Below, piece after piece: positions 53,182 through 61,345 of a DNA stretch of 64,000 bases. Numbering within the stretch: position 1 is the stretch's first letter; every line of letters starts with the position of its first letter. This stretch comes from Clostridia bacterium. Lineage in GTDB: Bacteria > Bacillota > Clostridia > Oscillospirales > CAG-272. Below the pieces are notes generated by a model. It made no database searches. It was not told the origin of the DNA and saw only the letters and a program-made list of their open reading frames with translations. Made by a program: the position numbers and the translations under genes. The stretch is taken from NCBI GenBank assembly GCA_017625935.1, contig JAGALA010000001.1:34473-98472 (forward strand), written 5' to 3'.

Positions 53182-53255
53182 CTATTTTGTGTGATATTGC
53201 TAAAAAAATTGCAATTTTTTGTAGAAATGGTTTATAATTTATACGAGGTGATTTT

Positions 53256-54032
53256 GTGAAAAAGGATTTTATTATTACCAAAATAGATAGCGTTCTTCTA
53301 TTTAGAAAGCAAAAAAATGCAGAGCAATATCCAAGCACACTTAAGCTAAACGAATTGATTTTTGATTTTTCAGGAGAGTATACGGTGTATTTTGGCGATA
53401 CTGTCTTGAAGGTATTACCTAATACCATACGTTTTTTGCCTTGCGGGACTGTTTCCAAATACGAAATTGAGCGTTCAAAATTAGGCGAATGTATAGACGT
53501 TTTCTTTAGCTCTGATAAACCAATATCGGATGTTGCTTTTACGGTCAACGCCGGCAACAATGAATATGTCGGCTCTCTGTTTAAAAAGTTGTTTTCAGCT
53601 TGGAACAACAAAAACGAGGGATATTACTTTAAATGCATGTCCTTGCTATATGAAATTTTCTCAAGTATTCAAGGTAATAATTATTTACCTACCAAACAGT
53701 ACTTAAAAATTCTTCCGGCTATTGATGAAATTGAACGAAGCTTTTTAAATACGAGCCTAACAAATGAATATTTAGCATCTATTTGCGGTATAAGCGAATC
53801 ATGCCTTAAGAGATTATTTAAAAAGAAATTCGGTCATTCAGTTAAAAAGTATGTAATTCAAAAGAAAATAAATTATGCTTGCGAGCTTCTGATGGTACAT
53901 AGATATTCTATTAATCAAATTGCTGAGATGTGTAATTTCTCTGATGTATATTATTTTAGTAAGCAGTTTAAATTGCAAATTGGAATATCACCCACAGAAT
54001 ACATAAAAAAATATAAAAATCAACACGATTAA
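53256..54032 (+). CDS. AraC family transcriptional regulator
   Basis: 258 aa with a GTG start after GAGGTG and a C-terminal HTH_18 (LASICGISESCLKRLFKKKFG...MCNFSDVYYFSKQFKLQIGISPTEY). Confidence 0.9.
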   Translation: MKKDFIITKIDSVLLFRKQKNAEQYPSTLKLNELIFDFSGEYTVYFGDTVLKVLPNTIRFLPCGTVSKYEIERSKLGECIDVFFSSDKPISDVAFTVNAGNNEYVGSLFKKLFSAWNNKNEGYYFKCMSLLYEIFSSIQGNNYLPTKQYLKILPAIDEIERSFLNTSLTNEYLASICGISESCLKRLFKKKFGHSVKKYVIQKKINYACELLMVHRYSINQIAEMCNFSDVYYFSKQFKLQIGISPTEYIKKYKNQHD

Positions 54033-54043
54033 GGGAGAACTTT

Positions 54044-55390
54044 ATGGATAGATACAAGACGCTTGAATTCTTTGAAAAAAACAAGGAATTTTTTGAAAGC
54101 ACAGTAAACGAAAATATAGAAAAATACCGCAAGGGAAATATGACCGTTTCCGTAATTGATGAAAACGGAAATGCTGTGCATAATGCGAAAATTAAAGTTA
54201 ACCAAATTAAACACGAGTTTAAATTCGGTGCTAACTTATTTATGCTCGATGAGCTTGAAACCGATGAGAAGAATAAGCTTTATAAGGATTATTTTAAGAG
54301 TATTTTCAATATGGCGACCTTGCCATTTTATTGGAGCTCTATTGAGCCTGAAAAGGGCAAGGTAAGATACGATAAAAATTCAGAAAAATATTATCGCCGT
54401 CCCCCTATTGATTTGTGCATTGAATATTGCGAGGAAAACGGAATTGAGCCAAGGGAGCATGCTCTTGCATACGAGCATCAATTCCCCAAGTGGCTTTCTA
54501 ACGCAACGGTTGACGAGGTTAAAGAAGCACTTGAGGAACGATACAAGGAAACTGCTCAAAGATATGCAGATAAGATACCCACGATAGAGGTTACTAATGA
54601 AATGCTTTGGGATCATAGTGTCACTGAATTTTATAATGAAAATGACTACATAGAATGGTGCTTCAAGTTAGCTGAAAGATATTTCCCCAATAATCAACTG
54701 GTTATAAATGAATATACCGAGGCATTTTGGGGCGAAAACTGCCGTTCAACTGATAGCTATTACGCATACACCGAAGCAAATATGCTAAAGGGCGCTAGAA
54801 TTGATGCCATTGGAGCACAGTTCCACGTGTTTGAAAGCAGAGAGTCCGAAATAAATAAAGCAAGCTATCTTTACAATCCCAAACGCCTTTACGACCACAT
54901 GAATTTATATTCTAATTTGTCAAAGCATTTGCAAGTAACCGAAATTACTATACCTGCTTATTCTAACGAAAAGGAAGACGAGGATATTCAAGCAAAAATT
55001 CTTGAATATTTATATACTGTTTGGTTTTCGCATCCGTCTATGGAGCAAATTATTTATTGGAATTTAGTTGACGGATATGCTTACGTTGAAAATCCAACCC
55101 CCGAGGCTATAAGATGGTCACAAGGAAATATGACAGTGGGTGAAAATGTGTACTATGGTGGCTTATTAAGATTCGATATGACACCAAAGCCAGCTTACAT
55201 CACGCTTGACAATTTAATCAATAAAAAATGGCACACCGAGCTTGATTTAATTTCAAGCGATACGGGAAGCATAAGCTTCAGAGGCTTCTTTGGCGATTAC
55301 GAAATTGAAGTCACCTTCAAAGAAAAGACGGTCAAGGGTACGTTTTCCTTATCAAGCAAGGGAAAAAACGAAATAACCGTGGCTATTTGA
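54044..55390 (+). CDS. Glycoside hydrolase family 10-like (intracellular beta-1,4-xylanase type)
   Basis: 448 aa with no signal peptide. It has an acid/base-type block (IEVTNEMLWD) and a nucleophile-type block (HLQVTEITIPA). Confidence 0.65.
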   Translation: MDRYKTLEFFEKNKEFFESTVNENIEKYRKGNMTVSVIDENGNAVHNAKIKVNQIKHEFKFGANLFMLDELETDEKNKLYKDYFKSIFNMATLPFYWSSIEPEKGKVRYDKNSEKYYRRPPIDLCIEYCEENGIEPREHALAYEHQFPKWLSNATVDEVKEALEERYKETAQRYADKIPTIEVTNEMLWDHSVTEFYNENDYIEWCFKLAERYFPNNQLVINEYTEAFWGENCRSTDSYYAYTEANMLKGARIDAIGAQFHVFESRESEINKASYLYNPKRLYDHMNLYSNLSKHLQVTEITIPAYSNEKEDEDIQAKILEYLYTVWFSHPSMEQIIYWNLVDGYAYVENPTPEAIRWSQGNMTVGENVYYGGLLRFDMTPKPAYITLDNLINKKWHTELDLISSDTGSISFRGFFGDYEIEVTFKEKTVKGTFSLSSKGKNEITVAI

Positions 55391-55438
55391 TTATAAGGCT
55401 TCATACCTAAAAAAGACAAAACTGACTTAGAGGTTTTT

Positions 55439-56308
55439 ATGGACATTATTTCCGCGTTGCTTCTGCTGGTGAGCGCTTCGCTTGCATCGGTGAGAAACGT
55501 TTTAATGAAGAGCTTTGCGCCGTTTTTGTTCAGACGGCGAGAGTTTTTCTTAATACAGGCTGCCGTTTTCGGTGTTGGCAGCGCCGCGCTCTTCGTTGTT
55601 AACCTGTTTTCGTTCAGCGGGCTTTCCGCCTTGACCGTTCTTCTCGGCTTGACCTACGGCGTGCTGCTTATGTGCGCACAATGGTTTTACACGATAGCGC
55701 TATCAAACGGAAAAACAGGAATTTGTGCAACGATTTATTCCTTTGGATTTTTACTTCCCACGCTCTCGGGTGCTGTTTTTTGGCAAGAAAAAATAACGTT
55801 TTGGGGCTTTTTGGGCATATTAATCGCCGTCCCTGTGATGTTAATTTCGGGAATAAACAAGAAAAAGGGCAGGGGACGTGTCTCAAATTCGTACTTTTTA
55901 CCGTTACTGATAGCACTTATATGCTCGGGCTCACTCGGCGTTGTGCAAAAAATACAGCAGGGGTCCGAATACAAGGCTCAAGCAAATTCGTTTATTTTGG
56001 TTGCTTTTGTTTTTTGCTTCACCGTCTCGCTTTTGGTTTCCCTGCTTCTTAAGAGGGGAAGCACGAAAATACGAGGAAAAAATCTTACATCCGCTTCACT
56101 TGTCGGCGTGTTTTTCGCATCCTGTAACCTGATAAATACGTATCTTGCAGGCAAGCTGGCAAGCGCGGTTTTCTTTCCCGCTCTAAATATCGGCGGCATT
56201 CTTTTCTCGCTTCTCTTAGGCTTTATAATTTACAGAGAAAAAATAACGAAAAAGGATGTTTTGGTGCTTTTGCTTGCAGAAGCTTCAATTATTTTGGTTA
56301 ATCTTTAG
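55439..56308 (+). CDS. DMT-superfamily (EamA/RhaT-like) permease
   Basis: 289 aa with ~10 TM helices in two homologous halves. Confidence 0.6.
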   Translation: MDIISALLLLVSASLASVRNVLMKSFAPFLFRRREFFLIQAAVFGVGSAALFVVNLFSFSGLSALTVLLGLTYGVLLMCAQWFYTIALSNGKTGICATIYSFGFLLPTLSGAVFWQEKITFWGFLGILIAVPVMLISGINKKKGRGRVSNSYFLPLLIALICSGSLGVVQKIQQGSEYKAQANSFILVAFVFCFTVSLLVSLLLKRGSTKIRGKNLTSASLVGVFFASCNLINTYLAGKLASAVFFPALNIGGILFSLLLGFIIYREKITKKDVLVLLLAEASIILVNL

Positions 56309-56340
56309 CGCAGCTGAAGCTCGGAATACATTCCCAAACA

Positions 56341-56374
56341 AAAAACAGAATTTCGCTCACGAAATTCTGTTTTT
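56341..56374 (-). terminator. Cassette terminator, copy 3
   Basis: The hairpin is aacagaatttcg ctca cgaaattctgtt. Confidence 0.8.
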
Positions 56375-56381
56375 ATTATTT

Positions 56382-56522
56382 TTAATTCTTGAAGATGCTG
56401 CTTGCGTTTATGATAAAATCAGCTGAGCCGTCCGCATTTTCATTCATTATTACCTCGCCCGACATTATAATGTCGCACGCTTCAAGCAAGGATTTTTCGT
56501 ACATAGGGGAAGCATATTTCAC
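56382..56522 (-). CDS. Cassette micro-ORF 5 (46 aa, GTG start, tail type 1)
   Basis: The product is (M)KYASPMYEKSLLEACDIIMSGEVIMNENADGSADFIINASSIFKN. There is a GTGA overlap with the stop of 56519..58684. Confidence 0.65.
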   Translation of the reverse strand: MKYASPMYEKSLLEACDIIMSGEVIMNENADGSADFIINASSIFKN

Positions 56523-58684
56523 TGTGCGCTCACCCCGTTTTTAGCATCAACTATTGCTTTTACGTCAGTATATGAGGCAAAGAAATATTTTGCGCCCGTT
56601 TCGGGTGTACCGCCCTGCAAATATGCATACTCGGTCTTACCGTCCTTGGTTGTGCCAACGTATGCGCCCATTGCAAGATCGATATCATCCTGTTCGTCTG
56701 TAATGCCTACTATTTTAAGGTTGAAAATATCAAAGCCTGTGCCTGTGATATCTGCGACAATAACGCCTGCAAGAGCTTTGCCGTCCGCACTGAAAATATC
56801 GTTTGCTCCTATCTTCTCTGCCAAAGCCGCGAACACGCCGTAGCTAACCGTTTCGCCCGTTGCTTCCTCGTATGCTAAGATCGCTGCCTTATCCACCTTA
56901 AAGCCTATGGACATTCCTCCGCCTGAGTATTCAGCCGCCGAGAAGCCGAGATTTACAAAGAGTGCTGGCATTGGGGTTGTTATATTATTCTTGCAGCCAT
57001 CATTTTGACACGCAACTGTTTTTAATCCCTCTGCGGTATAACCCTTTTCGTATAATACCGTTGTTTTTATATCGTGTATAAGTGCTTCCTTAAGTGTTTT
57101 TAAGCAAACGTCACAGTTAAGAGCGGTTTCACAGTTGAGGTCATCCTCATATGTATGGTTGCCTGTTGCTTTTTCCCCAACTACCACGCTTCGAAGCTTA
57201 CAAATCACACATGTGTTTGTAGTTGTTTCGTCGTAACCGCAGTTTCCCTTTTGATATACTCTGTCATTATAATGAATAGCCTCTGCCTCGTGTGTGCTTA
57301 TATCGTACACTTCGCTCGTTGTATGGAATCTGTACCAACCCTTGTCTGTGTGATTACATCTTATGGTATAGCTTATTTCCACGCTATCTCCTCCACAGAA
57401 AATTATTTCTGTCGGAGAAATTCCAACACTGTGAATAGTGTTGCCGTTTGCATCAGCCCCAAGACCTGTTAGGTTATAATAGTTAGCATTTTCAAAGCTT
57501 ACTGTAAGCGTTCCCTCTTGATTTTGGTAAAGAGAGCTACCATCCTTTGAGATAGCAACAAAGCCTTTTTGTCCGTTAAAATCAAAGGTAGAAACAATAG
57601 CACCTGAAAGGTCAGAAAATTCATTTTTAGCAAATACTAATTTTATCGGTTGCTTTGTGCCATTGTTCATAAAGTTTGTTAATGGTGCATCACATAAATT
57701 AACGTTTGTCATTTTGCCAAGGAACACTAGTGTTAAAGATGTTTTTGGTGCAAATGTGCCAATAAAATTATATCTTGAGCTAAGCGATGTAAATCCTTCT
57801 GGAAAATATAACACGTCGTTTTCAAGCTGACAGTCACTTAAAAAATACTGACCAATAGTCTTTAAGCTTTTTGGTAAATAACTGCTTTCAAACTCAAAAT
57901 CACCTAAATTATATAGTGCCCAAGAACTTATTGTTTCCAACGAATCCGGTAGTGATAACTTATCTATCGCTGTACATCCTCTAAAGGCTGCTTCACCAAG
58001 TGTTTTAAGGCTTTGGCAATTTTCAAGATTTACGCTTGATAAATTTGAACAACCATCAAAACTACACTTAGCTATCGTTTGAACTGCACATCCCTCGGGG
58101 AATATAACAGTTTCAAGATCCTTTGAATTGTAAAAAGCCCATTCATTTATGGTTATAACATTTTTGGAAATAGTAATTTTTTTACAATTATTTATCTCGG
58201 AAAAAGCATTATATGAAATTGAAGTTACAGAATCAGGAATTACAAATTCGACCACATTTGGCTCAGCCTTACCCTTGCCCCATACATTAACGGCAGTGCA
58301 TGAGGTTAAGCCGTACGGAAGCTCCGCATAGTATATGCTTCCTGATCCATAATTTTTTTCCGCTTTCTCATTTACAAACGAGTAATCGACACCATTGTCG
58401 CTTGCCCAAGCTATTCGAACTCCTGAACCATCGATCATATATCTGAATATGTAATATGACGGATATGCAGTCATATTACCATTTGTGTCCTTCAAGATAA
58501 CGATAGATTCCTTGTCCGTAATTTTGGTTGCTGTTGTGCCTGTGTACCATGATGGATCACCTAAATCGTTTACAAGCTCGATTTCTTGTCCCTCGTAAGT
58601 GATTGTTTCAGCACTTATAGAAAGAACAAATAGACAAGCTAATACTGCCACCATCATAGCAATCAAAAGAATTTTCCTTTTCAT
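56519..58684 (-). CDS. Secreted LRR / Cys-rich protein with conserved C-terminal domain (family copy 6, longest)
   Basis: 721 aa with signal MKRKILLIAMMVAVLACLFVLSISA, LRR_5 units and an extended Cys/His-rich region (CNHTDKGW..., NCGYDETTTNTCVICK, NCETALNCDVC, ACQNDGC). The CTD is about 97 percent identical at nt level to copy 5, by eye. Confidence 0.9.
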   Translation of the reverse strand: MKRKILLIAMMVAVLACLFVLSISAETITYEGQEIELVNDLGDPSWYTGTTATKITDKESIVILKDTNGNMTAYPSYYIFRYMIDGSGVRIAWASDNGVDYSFVNEKAEKNYGSGSIYYAELPYGLTSCTAVNVWGKGKAEPNVVEFVIPDSVTSISYNAFSEINNCKKITISKNVITINEWAFYNSKDLETVIFPEGCAVQTIAKCSFDGCSNLSSVNLENCQSLKTLGEAAFRGCTAIDKLSLPDSLETISSWALYNLGDFEFESSYLPKSLKTIGQYFLSDCQLENDVLYFPEGFTSLSSRYNFIGTFAPKTSLTLVFLGKMTNVNLCDAPLTNFMNNGTKQPIKLVFAKNEFSDLSGAIVSTFDFNGQKGFVAISKDGSSLYQNQEGTLTVSFENANYYNLTGLGADANGNTIHSVGISPTEIIFCGGDSVEISYTIRCNHTDKGWYRFHTTSEVYDISTHEAEAIHYNDRVYQKGNCGYDETTTNTCVICKLRSVVVGEKATGNHTYEDDLNCETALNCDVCLKTLKEALIHDIKTTVLYEKGYTAEGLKTVACQNDGCKNNITTPMPALFVNLGFSAAEYSGGGMSIGFKVDKAAILAYEEATGETVSYGVFAALAEKIGANDIFSADGKALAGVIVADITGTGFDIFNLKIVGITDEQDDIDLAMGAYVGTTKDGKTEYAYLQGGTPETGAKYFFASYTDVKAIVDAKNGVSAQ

Positions 58685-58729
58685 CGTTTTTCTCCTTTAT
58701 TTCTTTTATTTACATTTTAATTGTTTATA

Positions 58730-60310
58730 CTATGAATTAACAATGTGTTTCATTGTGCGTTTAGCGCAATCTGAAATTTTTACCGTTTCAATGCCAAATA
58801 ATGATGTGTGTAACGTGTCGTTGATTGGCTTCTTCCAATAATCGGGAATTTTTTCAAAGCCGATAATCATACCGAGCACAGAGCCAACGGTTGCGCCGTT
58901 ACAGTCCGTATCGAAGCCAGTTTCCACTGCCATACAGATGGATTTTTCAAAATCTCCGTTTCCGTATAGTAGCGAAGCCACAACAATCATCGCGTTAGGT
59001 ATTGTGTGGCACCAACCGTGCGAGGTATATTCGTCGTATTTTTTATGAATCATATCAAAGCAATTCTTTTGAGAAATTCCATTTTTATGAGCTTCAACAA
59101 TAGACATAACATCTTCATATAACCTTGAAGTGCACGGAATCTCACCAAGACCACAAAGGATTATATCTTCAATATTATCAGTGGCAGAAGCAACAGCCAA
59201 CATAGCGCTGACAAGCATCTCTCCGTAAATTCCGTTTTTTATGTGAGAAATCGAAGCATCTCTCCATGCCATTTCTGCCGCGCGCTCGGGATTCCCCGGA
59301 TTTATATATCCAAAATAATCGCCTCTTATCTGCGCACCAATCCACTCTCTATAAGGATTTTTATAAATTGCGGATTCCGGTGGGTCAAAGCCCTTTATAA
59401 AATTTAGGTAAGCAACGCGCTCTGCTGAAAAATAATATTCTTTGCTTTGATATTTCAACCATGCATTGGCAACATCAAGAGATGTGAAATCTTTTCCGTG
59501 CTTATCTATGATTTCTTGTGCAAGCACAATATAGTTTGTATCATCGTCCACGGGCATGCCGTCAATTTCATCCGCATAGGACTGTCCGACAAAGCCAAAT
59601 TTATACTTCCCTATAATCTCATCCGTCAAATCGCTTCTCAAAACATACCTGTGCATTGGATAATTATTTGTTTCTTTTAGAAACGGAATTAACTCATCCG
59701 TACGGATTCCCTCAAGGGGCTTTCCAAGCATACATCCGCAGATTCGCCCCATCCATGCACCGTGAATTTTATTTTCCATGTCATCGCAACTATATGCTAA
59801 TTGAACATTATGCTTTTTTCTTAGACCCCTTATTTGTTCAAGCTCTGAAGGCTCGATATATGGATATCCGTCTCTTTGATTTGCAGTTGTGATGGCTTCA
59901 AATAAAACATCACCAAGCTTCTTTTTTATTTCTCCCTTGGGAAGCCTTGATACAGAAGAAAACACGTCGCTATAAACCTCTATATCTAATCCTTCATCAA
60001 TAGACTCTTGATATTCGAGCAAAAGGTTGGATGAATAAAACTCCCAGTCATGGATATTTTTATAATGCGGTTTGATCACCTTGGTTTTTTTCATTTCGTC
60101 TACAGTTCTATTATCATTTCCAAGGATAAGAGCATCAAGAGAAATATCAAAATACTTTGAAATTGTAATAATTTTGTCAAGATCCGGAGTTGCCAGATCG
60201 CGCTCCCATTTTTGAACCGATTGCTGAGATACCCCGAAAATTTCAGAAAACTGTTCTTGTGTAAGCTTTGCTTCGGTTCTGATTTTATGAATTGTTTTTC
60301 CCAGTGTCAT
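58730..60310 (-). CDS. XRE HTH fused to an ADP-ribosylglycohydrolase-family domain
   Basis: 526 aa. It has an N-terminal HTH_3 (LTQEQFSEIFGVSQQSVQKWERD), and an ARH-type domain from ~aa 180 (GAWMGRICGCMLGKPLEG ... ETGFDTDCNGATVGSVLG). Confidence 0.8.
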   Translation of the reverse strand: MTLGKTIHKIRTEAKLTQEQFSEIFGVSQQSVQKWERDLATPDLDKIITISKYFDISLDALILGNDNRTVDEMKKTKVIKPHYKNIHDWEFYSSNLLLEYQESIDEGLDIEVYSDVFSSVSRLPKGEIKKKLGDVLFEAITTANQRDGYPYIEPSELEQIRGLRKKHNVQLAYSCDDMENKIHGAWMGRICGCMLGKPLEGIRTDELIPFLKETNNYPMHRYVLRSDLTDEIIGKYKFGFVGQSYADEIDGMPVDDDTNYIVLAQEIIDKHGKDFTSLDVANAWLKYQSKEYYFSAERVAYLNFIKGFDPPESAIYKNPYREWIGAQIRGDYFGYINPGNPERAAEMAWRDASISHIKNGIYGEMLVSAMLAVASATDNIEDIILCGLGEIPCTSRLYEDVMSIVEAHKNGISQKNCFDMIHKKYDEYTSHGWCHTIPNAMIVVASLLYGNGDFEKSICMAVETGFDTDCNGATVGSVLGMIIGFEKIPDYWKKPINDTLHTSLFGIETVKISDCAKRTMKHIVNS

Positions 60311-60355
60311 AATGCCTCCTATTCAAATTTAATTATAACATATACATTATACGCC

Positions 60356-60403
60356 AAACAAGAAACCCGAAATTGTTATTTTTACAACTGTGGGGTGTTT
60401 TTG
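60356..60403 (+). promoter_or_regulatory. Shared upstream motif, copy 1 (AAACAAGAAACC + two AARTGTWATTTTT-like repeats)
   Basis: The sequence is aaacaagaaacccgaaattgttatttttacaactgtggggtgtttttg, lying 46-93 nt upstream of the XRE-ARH start. It aligns with 61196-61245. Confidence 0.35.
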
Positions 60404-60424
60404 CTTTTTAACAATACAAAAGAA

Positions 60425-60448
60425 AGACAAGGTTTTTACGCCTTGTCT
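60425..60448 (-). terminator. Terminator after esterase gene
   Basis: The stem is agacaagg / ccttgtct, with a U-rich tract on the minus transcript. Confidence 0.6.
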
Positions 60449-60454
60449 ACTTTA

Positions 60455-61108
60455 CTATATCTTTTTTGCTCGCTTGTGTGAAAGCAACCATGTATATAAC
60501 TCGTCGCCATCATAAGCATAGTCCCACGCGTTATGCCAAACTCCGTTTAACACTTTAATTTTAGCATTTCCACCGCGTCTGTTTACGGACTTTATCATTT
60601 CCATGCTATTCTCAATAGGAACCACGTCATCACAATCACCGTGATACACCATCACAGGCACATTTATAAGTGATTCACCGAACCAATAGATTCCACTCCC
60701 GCAAATCGGCGCGATCGCTGCAAATCTTTCAGCATCTGCCATTGCAAGCATCCACGTGCCTGTACCGCCCATTGAAAGTCCTGTAAGGTATACTCTATCC
60801 ATATCAATTGGAAGGCTTTCACATATGTAATCAAGAAACGCGAGCAAGGATTCCGTATAGCATCCCCAATATTTTCCCGCCGGGCATTGAGGTCCAATAA
60901 AGATAAATGGGTATTCCTTTCCGTTTTCTCTTACGTGCTTCATAAATCCGTGGCGGCAAGCTACATCTAAATCGTCGCCCCACTCCCCCGCACCATGCAA
61001 GAAAAAAACAAGAGGATATTTTTTGTTCTCATCATAATCCTTCGGCAAATATTTTACATAATTAAAGTTAAAATATCTATCGTTTTCCCATTTGTGCTTA
61101 GTATACAT
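60455..61108 (-). CDS. Alpha/beta-hydrolase esterase (phospholipase/carboxylesterase - PHB-depolymerase-like)
   Basis: 217 aa with the motifs FFLHGAGEWG, the nucleophile elbow GLSMGG and HGDCDDVVP. Confidence 0.75.
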   Translation of the reverse strand: MYTKHKWENDRYFNFNYVKYLPKDYDENKKYPLVFFLHGAGEWGDDLDVACRHGFMKHVRENGKEYPFIFIGPQCPAGKYWGCYTESLLAFLDYICESLPIDMDRVYLTGLSMGGTGTWMLAMADAERFAAIAPICGSGIYWFGESLINVPVMVYHGDCDDVVPIENSMEMIKSVNRRGGNAKIKVLNGVWHNAWDYAYDGDELYTWLLSHKRAKKI

Positions 61109-61195
61109 AATATCTCCTTAAAATTTCAAGTTATAAACTTATTATAAATCATTCTTTAAAAGATTTCAACTTTATTTTACCACAAATTAATCATT

Positions 61196-61245
61196 AAACA
61201 AGAAACCAAAAAGTGTATTTTTCACAACCGAAAAGTGTATTTTTG
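61196..61245 (+). promoter_or_regulatory. Shared upstream motif, copy 2
   Basis: The sequence is aaacaagaaaccaaaaagtgtatttttcacaaccgaaaagtgtatttttg, containing the direct repeat AAAAGTGTATTTTT x2. It lies between the divergent esterase and GH172 genes. Confidence 0.35.
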
Positions 61246-61345
61246 AGCTTGTTTTTGCTGTTGAATTTTTTTGCATTTTGAGTATTGAAAAAGAAAATTT
61301 GCTGTGTTATACTCTAATTAGATTCACACTTGTGAGGTAATAATT

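Noticed and set aside
53174-53611. Minus-strand ORF of 145 aa
   Set aside because: It overlaps the promoter and N-terminal half of the AraC gene 53256-54032, which has a clear HTH_18 domain. The product is low-complexity with no RBS.
30869-58684. Diversity-generating retroelement (DGR) acting on the LRR/CTD family
   Set aside because: No reverse transcriptase, Avd-like gene or non-coding template repeat is present. The variable part is the N-terminal region and the C-terminus is the conserved part. Differences between the conserved 3-prime regions are not restricted to adenine positions.
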